IMG/VR virus record: IMGVR_UViG_3300043425_000872
Coordinates: 1-47,303 of that record
DNA length: 47,303 nt
Source of the DNA: a virus
Strand: one strand, 5' to 3'
The position numbers and the translations under genes were made by a program. The stretch's first letter is position 1; each line of letters opens with the position of its first letter. Below, in pieces: positions 1-8,800 of this stretch. Under the pieces are notes generated by a model. It ran no database searches. It saw only the letters and a program-made list of their open reading frames with translations, and had not been told where the DNA came from.

Positions 1-891
1 GACGATTTGATCGACGGGGCTGGCGGTGACCGAAGTGCCTGCACCAGCACCAGTACCTGCGCCAGTGCCGCCCCCCAGCGCGGCTGTCGCGCCGGGGATG
101 CCCACACCGGGCGCGATCCCCGCGAGTGTCTGCGCGAAGGTGAGACCGCCCTTTATGCCGGGGACAACGATAGGCGTGAGGCCCGCAGTGCTGGTGCCGA
201 GGCCAACACCCCCGAGAGCGCCAGCGCCGCCAACACCGCCCCCGCCCCCGCCAGCGCCGAGCGTGGCACCGGGGACCACAGCACCGCCTGCGCCACCCGC
301 GCTGCCAGCCCCAGCGGCACCGGCGGCGCCGGTGCTTCCACCGCCGCCCAGCCCGCCGAGCAGCGCGTTGCCGCCGAAATAGGCGCCCGCCGTTGCTGCC
401 GGGACAGCCAACAGGGGCAGGATCATGTCCTTGAAGAGGTTGTTCGGCATGTCGCCAGCGATAACCGTGCCGCGCGGGTCGCCGGGCGTGGACAGGTCGT
501 TATAGCCCTGTATCACATCCCCAAACGGGTTTCCGTCCAGCTTCAGAGGCCCCTCACCGCCGCCGAGGAACTCGCGGTGCGGGCGAGTTTGGACAACCGG
601 GTTGGAGCTGTACAAGCGCCAATCTGCGTCATTGCCCTGCGGGACGAGGGTGCCGGTGATGATGTCCGAGATGTTTTTCAGCTCTTCGGGGCTGCTGCCC
701 TCCGCAAGAACTTTTCCGGTTCTGTTGTCGTAGAGCGTGTACTTGCCTTGGTTGGTGTACAGGCCGACCTTGTTGCCGCCGTCAGGGCCAGTAGCGCCGG
801 TGCCGTTGCCGTACTGCAGCCAGTTTGGCACCTCGTACGCCGCCGTACGGGGAGCCTGCGAAGCAGCCTGCTGGAGGGGAGACAGCGCCAT
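1..891 (-). CDS. Gly/Ala-rich virion protein, probable DNA ejection/pilot protein (3' truncated by window edge)
   Basis: Hand translation from ATG at 891 (TGATG overlap with upstream stop): MALSPLQQAASQAPRTAAYEVPNWLQYG... open for 297 codons to base 1; position after the closure protein fits P22-like ejection genes. Confidence 0.75.
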   Translation of the reverse strand, partial: MALSPLQQAASQAPRTAAYEVPNWLQYGNGTGATGPDGGNKVGLYTNQGKYTLYDNRTGKVLAEGSSPEELKNISDIITGTLVPQGNDADWRLYSSNPVVQTRPHREFLGGGEGPLKLDGNPFGDVIQGYNDLSTPGDPRGTVIAGDMPNNLFKDMILPLLAVPAATAGAYFGGNALLGGLGGGGSTGAAGAAGAGSAGGAGGAVVPGATLGAGGGGGGVGGAGALGGVGLGTSTAGLTPIVVPGIKGGLTFAQTLAGIAPGVGIPGATAALGGGTGAGTGAGAGTSVTASPVDQIV

Positions 892-1124
892 CAACCTTGT
901 CCTTCAAGCATAGGGTACGCTCGCATGGCCCACTCTCGCCAATCGGTGAACTGAAACGGGTTTGGTGGGTTGCGCTGCGCAAAGGGCTGCGCGCGTACAA
1001 AACCTGCCGCCCACCGCTGCCAGTCGTTTTCATCGACAAGGCGTCCGAAGGACCAAGCGTCACCGTTGGACAGTATAACCGCATCGGCCCACTGAAGCAA
1101 TGTCATGCCGTGGGGGTCGATCAT
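891..1124 (-). CDS. Hypothetical virion-module protein, 77 aa, Trp-rich
   Basis: ORF coupled to neighbours by 4-nt and 1-nt overlaps. Confidence 0.75.
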   Translation of the reverse strand: MIDPHGMTLLQWADAVILSNGDAWSFGRLVDENDWQRWAAGFVRAQPFAQRNPPNPFQFTDWREWAMRAYPMLEGQG

Positions 1125-2740
1125 CCGATCACCGTGCCGTCGCCGGGCTGCATGTGGACGATGGTGTGGCCCATCTGGTAGTCGCCGCCGAGCGTGTTGC
1201 TCTCGAAGCGGAAGCGCAGTTGGCGCCGCTGCTCCTTGAAGCGGATCGTCTGATCCTGCGGCGTCGGCGGGTTCTTGTAGATGGTCAGCGGGGCGCTGTT
1301 CACCTCCGGTGCTTTGGCGTTGGCGCGCCCACGCACATCGACCGTCATGTCCCCGGACTGCACGAAGTCGGGCTCCATCACCAGCACCTGCAGCGCCCGG
1401 TTGACGCCCTGATCGACTGGCAGCGAGATGTCCGCCGTCTCGAAGTAGGACTGGATGGGGTAGATGAGCTGCCCGTCAATGGCGTCAACGCCGACCTCGT
1501 GGACCCACAGCTTGTAGAGCGGCACGCCGCTCTCCTCCGTGATGCGGGTCACGTCGTTCTCCGTGACGCGCGTGTCGTCCGCCTGCGTGATGCGCGTGCT
1601 GATGGGCTGCGGATCCCCAAGGACGCCCGTCATGAGCGGCTTGCGGAAGATCGTCGGGAACAGGCCCGCCGCGCGCCCGTCCTCGGGCAGCGCCGTGTCG
1701 TACCAGACATTCTCGCGCACGTTGTAGATCACGGCGTGGTTCGGCTCCGGGCTGTCGCCCTTGGGGAAGCACCACCAGATCTCGCCGAAGCGCGGCACCT
1801 TCATCGCGAACACCTTCTGGCGCTGCGCGTAGTTGAGGTTGTCGAAGAAGAAGTTGAGGTTGAGGTTGTTCTCGATCTCGCGCACGACGCCGTTGAACGA
1901 CAGGAAGCGGTCCGTGCCGATCCAGTAGAAGATGCCGTCGTACTCGATGACGGACTGGGCCGACAGGATCGACGACTGGGCCGAGATGGTGTCGAACTGG
2001 AACACGGGCGTGCCGCCCACGTACGTCATGCGCAGCAGGCTGTCGGCCGACCAGAGCAGGCCCGAGGGGCTGTTGCCGGGGCCACCGCGCAGGGGCATGC
2101 CGCGCACGATCTTCTGCCCGGTGACGTACGCATTGCCCGCGCCGGAATTGATGAAATCGGTGGGGTCGCTCGGCACGGACCACATGACGTAGCCGTCGTT
2201 GCCGAAAGCCACGGTGTACGGGTGCAGGGCCACGACGCCGCCGGTGATGCTTGCATTGCCGGGGAGGTTGGTGACCTCTGCGAGAGGCCCAGAGCCGAAG
2301 GCGTCGCCGTAGAAGAGCTGGCCGCCCGCGCTGTTGCAGATGCAGTTGAGGTTCGGCGCCACCTGCGCGATGAGCTGCAGGCCCGAGCCACCGGCGGTGT
2401 CCACGTCGAACTGCCACAGGTTGGCGCTGCTCTGCGCGAGTGTGGTGGGCGTCCGGTTGATGATGTTCGAGGTGTTGTAGGTGCCGTCGATGGTGAGCTG
2501 CTGGATGGCGGAGGCCGACCCGGCGTGGACGTACGTGAGTTGGTCGATGGTGTAGCCGTGCAGCGTACGCGCCACGCTGCTCAGGTAGCGGTTGGCCACG
2601 CGGTAGCCGCCGATCTTGCGCGGCAGGCTGCGCTGAAAGCGGCACCACGTGCCGTCCACGTACGCCCCGCCCTCCAAGCGCGTGCCGTCGCGCTTGATGC
2701 CCGGCTGGGACATTACGCGGGTGATGATCTCTTCAGCCAT
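1121..2740 (-). CDS. Tail/head-closure protein (P22 gp10-like beta-propeller)
   Basis: 539 aa, beta-rich with repeated W/F-D motifs, lies directly after the tailspike; family inferred from pattern and synteny. Confidence 0.65.
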   Translation of the reverse strand: MAEEIITRVMSQPGIKRDGTRLEGGAYVDGTWCRFQRSLPRKIGGYRVANRYLSSVARTLHGYTIDQLTYVHAGSASAIQQLTIDGTYNTSNIINRTPTTLAQSSANLWQFDVDTAGGSGLQLIAQVAPNLNCICNSAGGQLFYGDAFGSGPLAEVTNLPGNASITGGVVALHPYTVAFGNDGYVMWSVPSDPTDFINSGAGNAYVTGQKIVRGMPLRGGPGNSPSGLLWSADSLLRMTYVGGTPVFQFDTISAQSSILSAQSVIEYDGIFYWIGTDRFLSFNGVVREIENNLNLNFFFDNLNYAQRQKVFAMKVPRFGEIWWCFPKGDSPEPNHAVIYNVRENVWYDTALPEDGRAAGLFPTIFRKPLMTGVLGDPQPISTRITQADDTRVTENDVTRITEESGVPLYKLWVHEVGVDAIDGQLIYPIQSYFETADISLPVDQGVNRALQVLVMEPDFVQSGDMTVDVRGRANAKAPEVNSAPLTIYKNPPTPQDQTIRFKEQRRQLRFRFESNTLGGDYQMGHTIVHMQPGDGTVIG

Positions 2741-2762
2741 GCGGGGCCCCTACCTCAGCCCG

Positions 2763-5700
2763 TCACGAGAGCGTGTCGGTGACGACGGACCAGTTGGTCC
2801 CGGTGTACATCAGCGTCAGCACCGACACCGCCGATGAGATCGTGATTGACGTGTTCCCCGGCGTCTGGATGTTCCCGGTGCCAGACGTCGCGATGTCGCG
2901 GATGAGCGTGGGGTTGCCGACCGCGAAGTTGCGCAGGTAGAGGATGTCACCCGTCTGCAGGACGCAGTTTGCCGCCGCGTTGATGCGGTCCAGATTGCCG
3001 CCGCCGGTGCCCGTGTTGACGATGGCCGAGTAGATGCGGCTCGGCGAGGGGACGACCGTCATCGTGCTCGACGCCGTCACACTGGTGTAGTTGCCGTCGG
3101 GGTTGTTGACGCTCTGCACAAAGCCCCCGCCGATGCTCGTCGGGACGAAGAGGGCGTCGCTGACGAACGTGGCGTAGTTGTTGCTGACGTTGGTTTGCGC
3201 GGCCCAAGCCGCCTCGGGATACGTGACCAAGTCAGAGACCGACGCGACGGACACAAAGTACTTGGTCTTGCCCGAGTTTGAGCCCTTCGGCCGCAGCCAC
3301 GTGTTGTCGGTGACGGTCAGCGCCGGGCAGTTGTTGCTCGTGTACACGAAGGCGACGTAGGAGCCCCCGCCCGTGTACCTGAACTCGCCGTGCATGACGT
3401 TGTTGGTGATAGACACCCCGGCGCTGTAAGTGCCCAGTTCGGCGACAAAGCGGGCCAAGTACGAGTGCACGTTGTTGTCATAGCGGATGTACCGCAGGCT
3501 GTTGTCAACCGTGTTCATGACCGTCGGCGCGGCAACAGTCGAGGACGCGCTGAGGACGTACACGCCCGCGCCCCCGGTCGTGCCAGAGGTCTGGGATACG
3601 ATGGTGGTGCCGCTCGTCACCCCGGACCCGACGACTGCCCGTCCGATCCTGATGACGCCGGTGGGGACCGGGCTGGCAGCGACGGTGAGGGTCGTCCCCG
3701 AGATGGTCCCGGTGAAGGTGACAGGATTGCTCGCGGAGGAGAAGTTGGTCCAGAGGGCCGCGTAGCACTCGGACACCTCGTTCCCGCAGATGCCGAGGAG
3801 GCAGTCCGTCCAGTACCACTGGGCGGTGGCGCTGCCCAGCACCGCGAAGGCGTACGCAAAGCCGCGCACGGTGTTGTCCCTGACGGTGCCACGGCGCGGG
3901 CCACCGTAGGCCAGCACGATGCCGTACGTCCTGTCTGCCGGATCGGCCTCCATGGCCGTCGAAGCAACTGTCTGGCTGATGTTGACGACGTACACGCCCG
4001 CGCCGCCCGCCGGACCCGAGGTCTGAGCCGAGATGGTGGTCCCCTCCTCAACCCCCACGCCGGTTACCCTAGCGCCAATGACGACAGTGCCGGAGAGGGC
4101 CGAAACCGTCAGGTTGAAGCCCGAGATGACCCCCGTGAAGGTGGCCGAAGTCGGGACTTCAGTCGTCCACTGGTACGTGGATGTCACGAGGTTGCCCGTG
4201 ACCTCCGGCTCGTAGCCGCGCACGGTAATGCCGTCTGAGTTGCAGTCGAGGATCCGGTTGTCCTTGAACTGCTCTTGGTAGCAGCCGGGGTGCGACGTCA
4301 GCTCCTCGTAGCAGTGCGAGAACTCGCCGTCGCGGCAGTAGCTGCGGGTGTTGCAGAACAGCAGCGAGCCGCCGTACGTGAAGTCCACGGACTGCGCGCC
4401 GTAGCTCTCGTTCAGGCCCACGAAGCCGCAGTCCTGCGAGCCGATGGTCTTGAAGCGGTTGTACTTGGCGTGCATCGTGGCGTAGTTCCACGCCAGCGTC
4501 GGGTCGTTGCGGTGGATGATGTTCCGCCCCTCGCACTGGAAGGACGCAGTCCACACCACCGATGTGCCTTGCACGCTGCCGCGCAGGATAGTGCAGTCTC
4601 GCACCGTGCAGTTGTACGCCCACGTCCCGAGGGTCAGGTCGGCACCGCTCGCGTTGCGCTTCAGCGTGCCGCCGACCCAATGCGCGTTTTCGCACGGCGT
4701 GATCTTCTGCGCCGCAGAAGTGGTGCGCAGGGTTTCCGTTTCGCCAGCCGCAGTGACGTTGTAGCCGGGGAAGAGAATGGGCTTGGCGAGGGAGTACACC
4801 CCGCCGCCGCTGCTGGCCTGAATGAAGTTGAACTCGCCGAAGTACGCGTAGGGCAGGCTGGCCGTTCCGTCGCCCAGCCACCAGACACCGGCGTCCACGC
4901 GGGACAGCGAGTTGCGGACGGCCACGAGGTGGACCAGATCGCCCGCCGCAAACGTGGGCGAGCCTGACAGCGAGAGGGTGGTGTCGCCGGTTGTCTTCGC
5001 CACCGAGAAGGCGAACTCAGCGCCCGCAGTGCCCGTGAACGCGATGCCGGTCGTGCCGCTGGGCGTGTTGACGAAATCGACAATGGCGCCAGCCGCGCAG
5101 GAGACGGTGACGTTCGACTTCATCGCCAGCGTGTTGTAGATCATGTAGACGCCGTCGGGCACGACCACGGTCCCGCCACCAGCGGCGTAGGCCGCGTCGA
5201 TGGCCGCTTGGAAGGCCGCCGTGTCGTTCGCCACGCCGTCACCGACCGCGCCGTAGTCCTGCACAGACGCGGTCTGCTCGAGTTTGGTCTGGACCGTGCC
5301 CGCCACCGCGCCGGGGCTGGTGGAGGTGTAGTTGACCAGATTGGCGTTCGTCGTGCCAAGGGGCACCACCTGAATGACGACCACCTCGATGTTGTTCGTG
5401 CCCGCAGCAGGGGCGACGTTGAACGTGATGACCGCCCCGGTGAGGCTGTACGTGTTCTTCTGCTGGTATACGCCGCTGACGTATACCTGCGTGTTGGCCT
5501 CGTTGATCGGCGGGTACGCCAGCGTGAAAGCGGTCTGCGCGCCGGTTCCCGAAAACATCTCCGAGTAGACGCTGCCGGGGGCCGGGGTTCCGGTGTTCAC
5601 GATGGTGACCGTGCCGGGCCCATTGACCACGCTGATGCCCGTGCCGCCCGTCAGCGTCGCCTGCACGAAGCCGGGCGTCGCGGCGTTGCCGATCAGCATC

Positions 5701-6893
5701 TGCCCGTCGGTGATCGGGGCCGGAAACAGTACGGCCTGCGCGGACGGGGCGTCCGCCGCAGTGACCAGCGGGTCGGAGTAGGCCGAGATGCCGATGTTGG
5801 CGCGCGCGCCAGAGGCCGCAGTGGCCCCTGTGCCGCCCTGCCCCACGCCGAGAGGCACCTCCAGCGTGCTGCTGTCGCCCAGCACGACTTCCGTCCCGTC
5901 GCAGTACAGAATGGCGCTGGAGTTCGTGGCCACCGGCACCGGCACGACCTGCGAGACGGTGCCCACCGAGAGGGTGGCGCCCGTCGTGCGGTTGTTGACC
6001 CAGTACTGTTGCACCGTGTCGGGCACGACGATAACGACGTTGGAGGTCAAGGTGCCCGTGAAGCGGTAGGCGATGCGGTTCAACTCGTAGCCACTAAGCG
6101 TGTACACGCCGCCCGCCGCAGGGACAGGGATGCTGACGAAGTCGAAGGTGAACTCCGCGTTCTGCCCAAGGCCGACCGTGTACCACTTGGCATCGCCGTC
6201 GGAGATGATCATGGCGCTGTCTTCGGGCGCAAGGGTGAGCCCCACCCCACCATTGATGAGGTCCGCGCCCGCCGGGCTGACCAACAGGACGCCGCCGCCT
6301 TGGTTGCGGATGCGGAAAAAGAACGTGTTGCCCACCGCAGCGGCGGTCGGAAGCGAGACTGTGGAAGCTCCGGGGCCCGTATAGACGTACGTCGTGGCGC
6401 GGTTGGAGACGGTGGGCGACAGGTGGGTCGTGAACTCCGAAAAAAGCGCCGACTGCGCAAGCTGGGCGCCCACGACGGTCAGGCCGGGCCCGGCCAGCGC
6501 GGAGGCCTGCACGGTCGCCGTGGAGGCGCCCATCTGGTAGACCTCCCACGTACCGGCGGCGGTCGCGTTGTCCGTGAGGTAGATCTGCCACTGCGTGCCG
6601 CTCGCGACCGTCGCGAGGGTGCCGCCCGCGTCGTCCTTGACGAGGAAGCTGTGCGTGCCGCCCATGTTGTTGAACAGCACGCTCTGGCCGGGGCCTGTCC
6701 GCGTCGCGTCCGGCATGATCACGCTGAGCCCGGCACTGGCCGGGGTGACGCCGATGATGCGCGCCGCGACCGTGACGTCGCCCGAGGCCTCAAGCGGCCA
6801 CTCCAGCGTCGTGTCAGTCGCCAGCGCCAGCGGCAGGTACGACACGTCCGAGGGGTAGATCGTCGTACCGCCAAAGACCGAGGTATAGGACAT
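2763..6893 (-). CDS. Tailspike/tail fibre with pectate-lyase-like beta-helix (probable depolymerase)
   Basis: 1376 aa; SVQDYGAVGDGVANDTAAFQAAIDAAYAAGGGTVVVPDG is the typical start of a Pectate_lyase_3 beta-helix. Confidence 0.88.
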   Translation of the reverse strand: MSYTSVFGGTTIYPSDVSYLPLALATDTTLEWPLEASGDVTVAARIIGVTPASAGLSVIMPDATRTGPGQSVLFNNMGGTHSFLVKDDAGGTLATVASGTQWQIYLTDNATAAGTWEVYQMGASTATVQASALAGPGLTVVGAQLAQSALFSEFTTHLSPTVSNRATTYVYTGPGASTVSLPTAAAVGNTFFFRIRNQGGGVLLVSPAGADLINGGVGLTLAPEDSAMIISDGDAKWYTVGLGQNAEFTFDFVSIPVPAAGGVYTLSGYELNRIAYRFTGTLTSNVVIVVPDTVQQYWVNNRTTGATLSVGTVSQVVPVPVATNSSAILYCDGTEVVLGDSSTLEVPLGVGQGGTGATAASGARANIGISAYSDPLVTAADAPSAQAVLFPAPITDGQMLIGNAATPGFVQATLTGGTGISVVNGPGTVTIVNTGTPAPGSVYSEMFSGTGAQTAFTLAYPPINEANTQVYVSGVYQQKNTYSLTGAVITFNVAPAAGTNNIEVVVIQVVPLGTTNANLVNYTSTSPGAVAGTVQTKLEQTASVQDYGAVGDGVANDTAAFQAAIDAAYAAGGGTVVVPDGVYMIYNTLAMKSNVTVSCAAGAIVDFVNTPSGTTGIAFTGTAGAEFAFSVAKTTGDTTLSLSGSPTFAAGDLVHLVAVRNSLSRVDAGVWWLGDGTASLPYAYFGEFNFIQASSGGGVYSLAKPILFPGYNVTAAGETETLRTTSAAQKITPCENAHWVGGTLKRNASGADLTLGTWAYNCTVRDCTILRGSVQGTSVVWTASFQCEGRNIIHRNDPTLAWNYATMHAKYNRFKTIGSQDCGFVGLNESYGAQSVDFTYGGSLLFCNTRSYCRDGEFSHCYEELTSHPGCYQEQFKDNRILDCNSDGITVRGYEPEVTGNLVTSTYQWTTEVPTSATFTGVISGFNLTVSALSGTVVIGARVTGVGVEEGTTISAQTSGPAGGAGVYVVNISQTVASTAMEADPADRTYGIVLAYGGPRRGTVRDNTVRGFAYAFAVLGSATAQWYWTDCLLGICGNEVSECYAALWTNFSSASNPVTFTGTISGTTLTVAASPVPTGVIRIGRAVVGSGVTSGTTIVSQTSGTTGGAGVYVLSASSTVAAPTVMNTVDNSLRYIRYDNNVHSYLARFVAELGTYSAGVSITNNVMHGEFRYTGGGSYVAFVYTSNNCPALTVTDNTWLRPKGSNSGKTKYFVSVASVSDLVTYPEAAWAAQTNVSNNYATFVSDALFVPTSIGGGFVQSVNNPDGNYTSVTASSTMTVVPSPSRIYSAIVNTGTGGGNLDRINAAANCVLQTGDILYLRNFAVGNPTLIRDIATSGTGNIQTPGNTSITISSAVSVLTLMYTGTNWSVVTDTLS

Positions 6894-6904
6894 CGAAGGT
6901 TCCC

Positions 6905-7558
6905 TTATGCTTCGCTGCGCATGGTGGCGCGGTCAAGGATCTTGGCGAGGTCTTCGCCGTTTAGCATACCTGCCGCCCGGTCGTAATAGTTTTGCCACGT
7001 CGTGATGCGCTCGTCGTTCTTGAGGAACGGCGTCGCCTCCAGCAGTGTCCCGTACAGCAGCAACTGCGGCGCGTATTCGGTCAGCCAGTTGGTCTGGGTG
7101 ACATCGTCCAGCAGCGGCGGCAGCTCGTAGTACAGGATCTCGAACGGGTATGCCACGTCCGGCGTGGGCGCAAAGAGCCAGTGGTCGTAGTCGTAGTCGC
7201 TGTAGAACAGCGGCTGGGCGGTCTGGCTCTCGTCCGGCCAGTAGGAGCGGCAGTACTCGTACGAGCGCGTGAAGAGCGGCGTGCGCTGCGACAGGGTGGG
7301 GCCGGTGCCGAAGTTGATCGAGATCGTGTCGCGCCAGCGGTCGGGCTTGTCGTACACCGACTGCCCGACCGCCATTGTGCCGTTCACGACGTGGATGAAG
7401 CCCTGCACCTTCAGCTCGCGGGCGATACGCCGCTCCGCGAGGTTGATCAGGCGCGGGATCTGCTCGAACACGACCGGGTCGCTCGCGTAGGACGAGCCCC
7501 GCTCCAGATAGCGCTGGACGTCTTCCTTGAGCGTCGCGAAGGTCATGTTCGTGGCCAT
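6905..7558 (-). CDS. Head-tail adaptor-like protein
   Basis: 217 aa, N-terminal helical LKEDVQRYL..LINLAERRIAREL and C-terminal APQLLLYGTLLEA pattern typical of podovirus adaptors. Confidence 0.6.
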   Translation of the reverse strand: MATNMTFATLKEDVQRYLERGSSYASDPVVFEQIPRLINLAERRIARELKVQGFIHVVNGTMAVGQSVYDKPDRWRDTISINFGTGPTLSQRTPLFTRSYEYCRSYWPDESQTAQPLFYSDYDYDHWLFAPTPDVAYPFEILYYELPPLLDDVTQTNWLTEYAPQLLLYGTLLEATPFLKNDERITTWQNYYDRAAGMLNGEDLAKILDRATMRSEA

Positions 7559-7578
7559 GGGCCGCTTCTCCTAGATAG

Positions 7579-7740
7579 TCACTTTTCGACGGCGTTGCGC
7601 AGGAAGCCAAGGCCAAGGCCGCCGAGGATCAGCCACACTTCTTCCGGCACCGCGATGCCGAAATGCTTGGCCACGGCCAGACCGATAATGGTCACCGCCG
7701 CCGCGTACGTCTTCTTGCCTTGCAGAATGTTCGCAAACAT
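7579..7740 (-). CDS. Probable holin, 53 aa, two hydrophobic helices
   Basis: Hand translation MFANILQGKKTYAAAVTIIGLAVAKHFGIAVPEEVWLILGGLGLGFLRNAVEK; GGAG RBS; directly after endolysin. Confidence 0.7.
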   Translation of the reverse strand: MFANILQGKKTYAAAVTIIGLAVAKHFGIAVPEEVWLILGGLGLGFLRNAVEK

Positions 7741-7742
7741 GG

Positions 7743-8168
7743 TCAGTCTCCTGTTTCGGCGAGCCAGCTATCGACGTCGAAGCTGGGGCAGGCCTTCTTG
7801 ACGCCCGGCCAGTCGCGGTGCCCGCGAATGAGCAGGGTGGGGTAGCGCTCCTTATACGTCCGAATGAGGGTCAGGAGCGACTTTTTCTGCGCGGGGGTGC
7901 GCGTGTCCTTGGGGTTCATGTTCTTGTCCACCCCGCCGATGTAGCAGATGCCGATGTTGCCCGTGTTGGCGCCCCCGACGTGCGCGCCCTTCTGGTCATC
8001 GCGCAGCGTGCGGTGCATGGAGCCGTCAAGCTCGATGACCCAGTGGTAGGACGTCTGGCCGAACTTGGCCTTGTCCCACTCGGTGATCTGCTCGTGCGTC
8101 ACATGCCGCCCCTCGGGCGTGGCCGCGCAGTGTACGGTGAGGAAACGGACGGGTCCGAGGGCGGGCAT
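7743..8168 (-). CDS. Endolysin, N-acetylmuramoyl-L-alanine amidase (T7 lysozyme-like)
   Basis: TVHCAAT, YHWVIELDG, GAHVGGAN, IGICYIGG, RGHRDW..KACPSFDV zinc-amidase motifs. Confidence 0.93.
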   Translation of the reverse strand: MPALGPVRFLTVHCAATPEGRHVTHEQITEWDKAKFGQTSYHWVIELDGSMHRTLRDDQKGAHVGGANTGNIGICYIGGVDKNMNPKDTRTPAQKKSLLTLIRTYKERYPTLLIRGHRDWPGVKKACPSFDVDSWLAETGD

Positions 8169-8425
8169 CAGCTCTTGTCTTCCTTCTTGTCCAGCTTGCT
8201 GAAAATCGTGTTCAGCGTGTTGTCGATCTTGGTGAGACCGGCGCGCATCTCTTCCTTCATGTCGCTCATAGCCGATTTCCAGTCTTCCTTGGAGACGTAT
8301 TGCTTCGGCATCTCGCGCACGTCCGCGTCCAGCCGCTCGATGGCCTTCGACAGGTTGTTCAAGACCCAGCCTCCGAGGAAACCGACCATGCCAACAAGGA
8401 TGTTGAAAAGCACTTGGTAGTCCAC
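8168..8425 (-). CDS. Membrane-anchored coiled-coil protein (lysis-associated?)
   Basis: 85 aa, one N-terminal TM helix then coiled coil; overlaps endolysin start. Confidence 0.65.
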   Translation of the reverse strand: MDYQVLFNILVGMVGFLGGWVLNNLSKAIERLDADVREMPKQYVSKEDWKSAMSDMKEEMRAGLTKIDNTLNTIFSKLDKKEDKS

Positions 8426-8437
8426 CGTCGTCCCCGC

Positions 8438-8800
8438 TTACTTCAGGTTGCGCAGTTTGTAGATCGTGCTGAGGTACACCCCCGTCACGCCGTCAACGAG
8501 GTTGGCCACGGCGCGATTGCCCCGGCAGATGCTCTCGTGGTTCTTCTCGATCCAGTCGGCGTCCGCCTCGAGCAGCTTGAGCACGTCGCCCTTGGTGGCC
8601 TCCGGTGCCGGGATGTTGCCGATCAGCTCGTACGCGCCCTGATAGGCCTCCACGAGCGTGTCGATGGCGTCGATGACCTCGTCGTAGAAGCTGCCCAGCG
8701 CCTGATGCTTGGCAAAGCTGCCAGCGCCGGTCGTGCGCCAGTGCTCGAAGTGGGCGACGTTGCGCGCGTAGAAGACGCGGCTGATGAGCTGCTCGATCAT
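8438..8800 (-). CDS. Dps/ferritin-like four-helix protein (DUF5856-like), 120 aa
   Basis: Start reassigned to ATG 8800 (TAATG overlap); H..HW.T..GSFAKHQALGSFYDEVIDAIDTLVEAYQG motif. Confidence 0.72.
   Translation of the reverse strand: MIEQLISRVFYARNVAHFEHWRTTGAGSFAKHQALGSFYDEVIDAIDTLVEAYQGAYELIGNIPAPEATKGDVLKLLEADADWIEKNHESICRGNRAVANLVDGVTGVYLSTIYKLRNLK

Noticed and set aside
7-954. Plus-strand ORFs 7-954 and Pro-rich 26-382
   Set aside because: Shadows of the Gly-rich minus-strand gene (GGC codons read as GCC/CCG)
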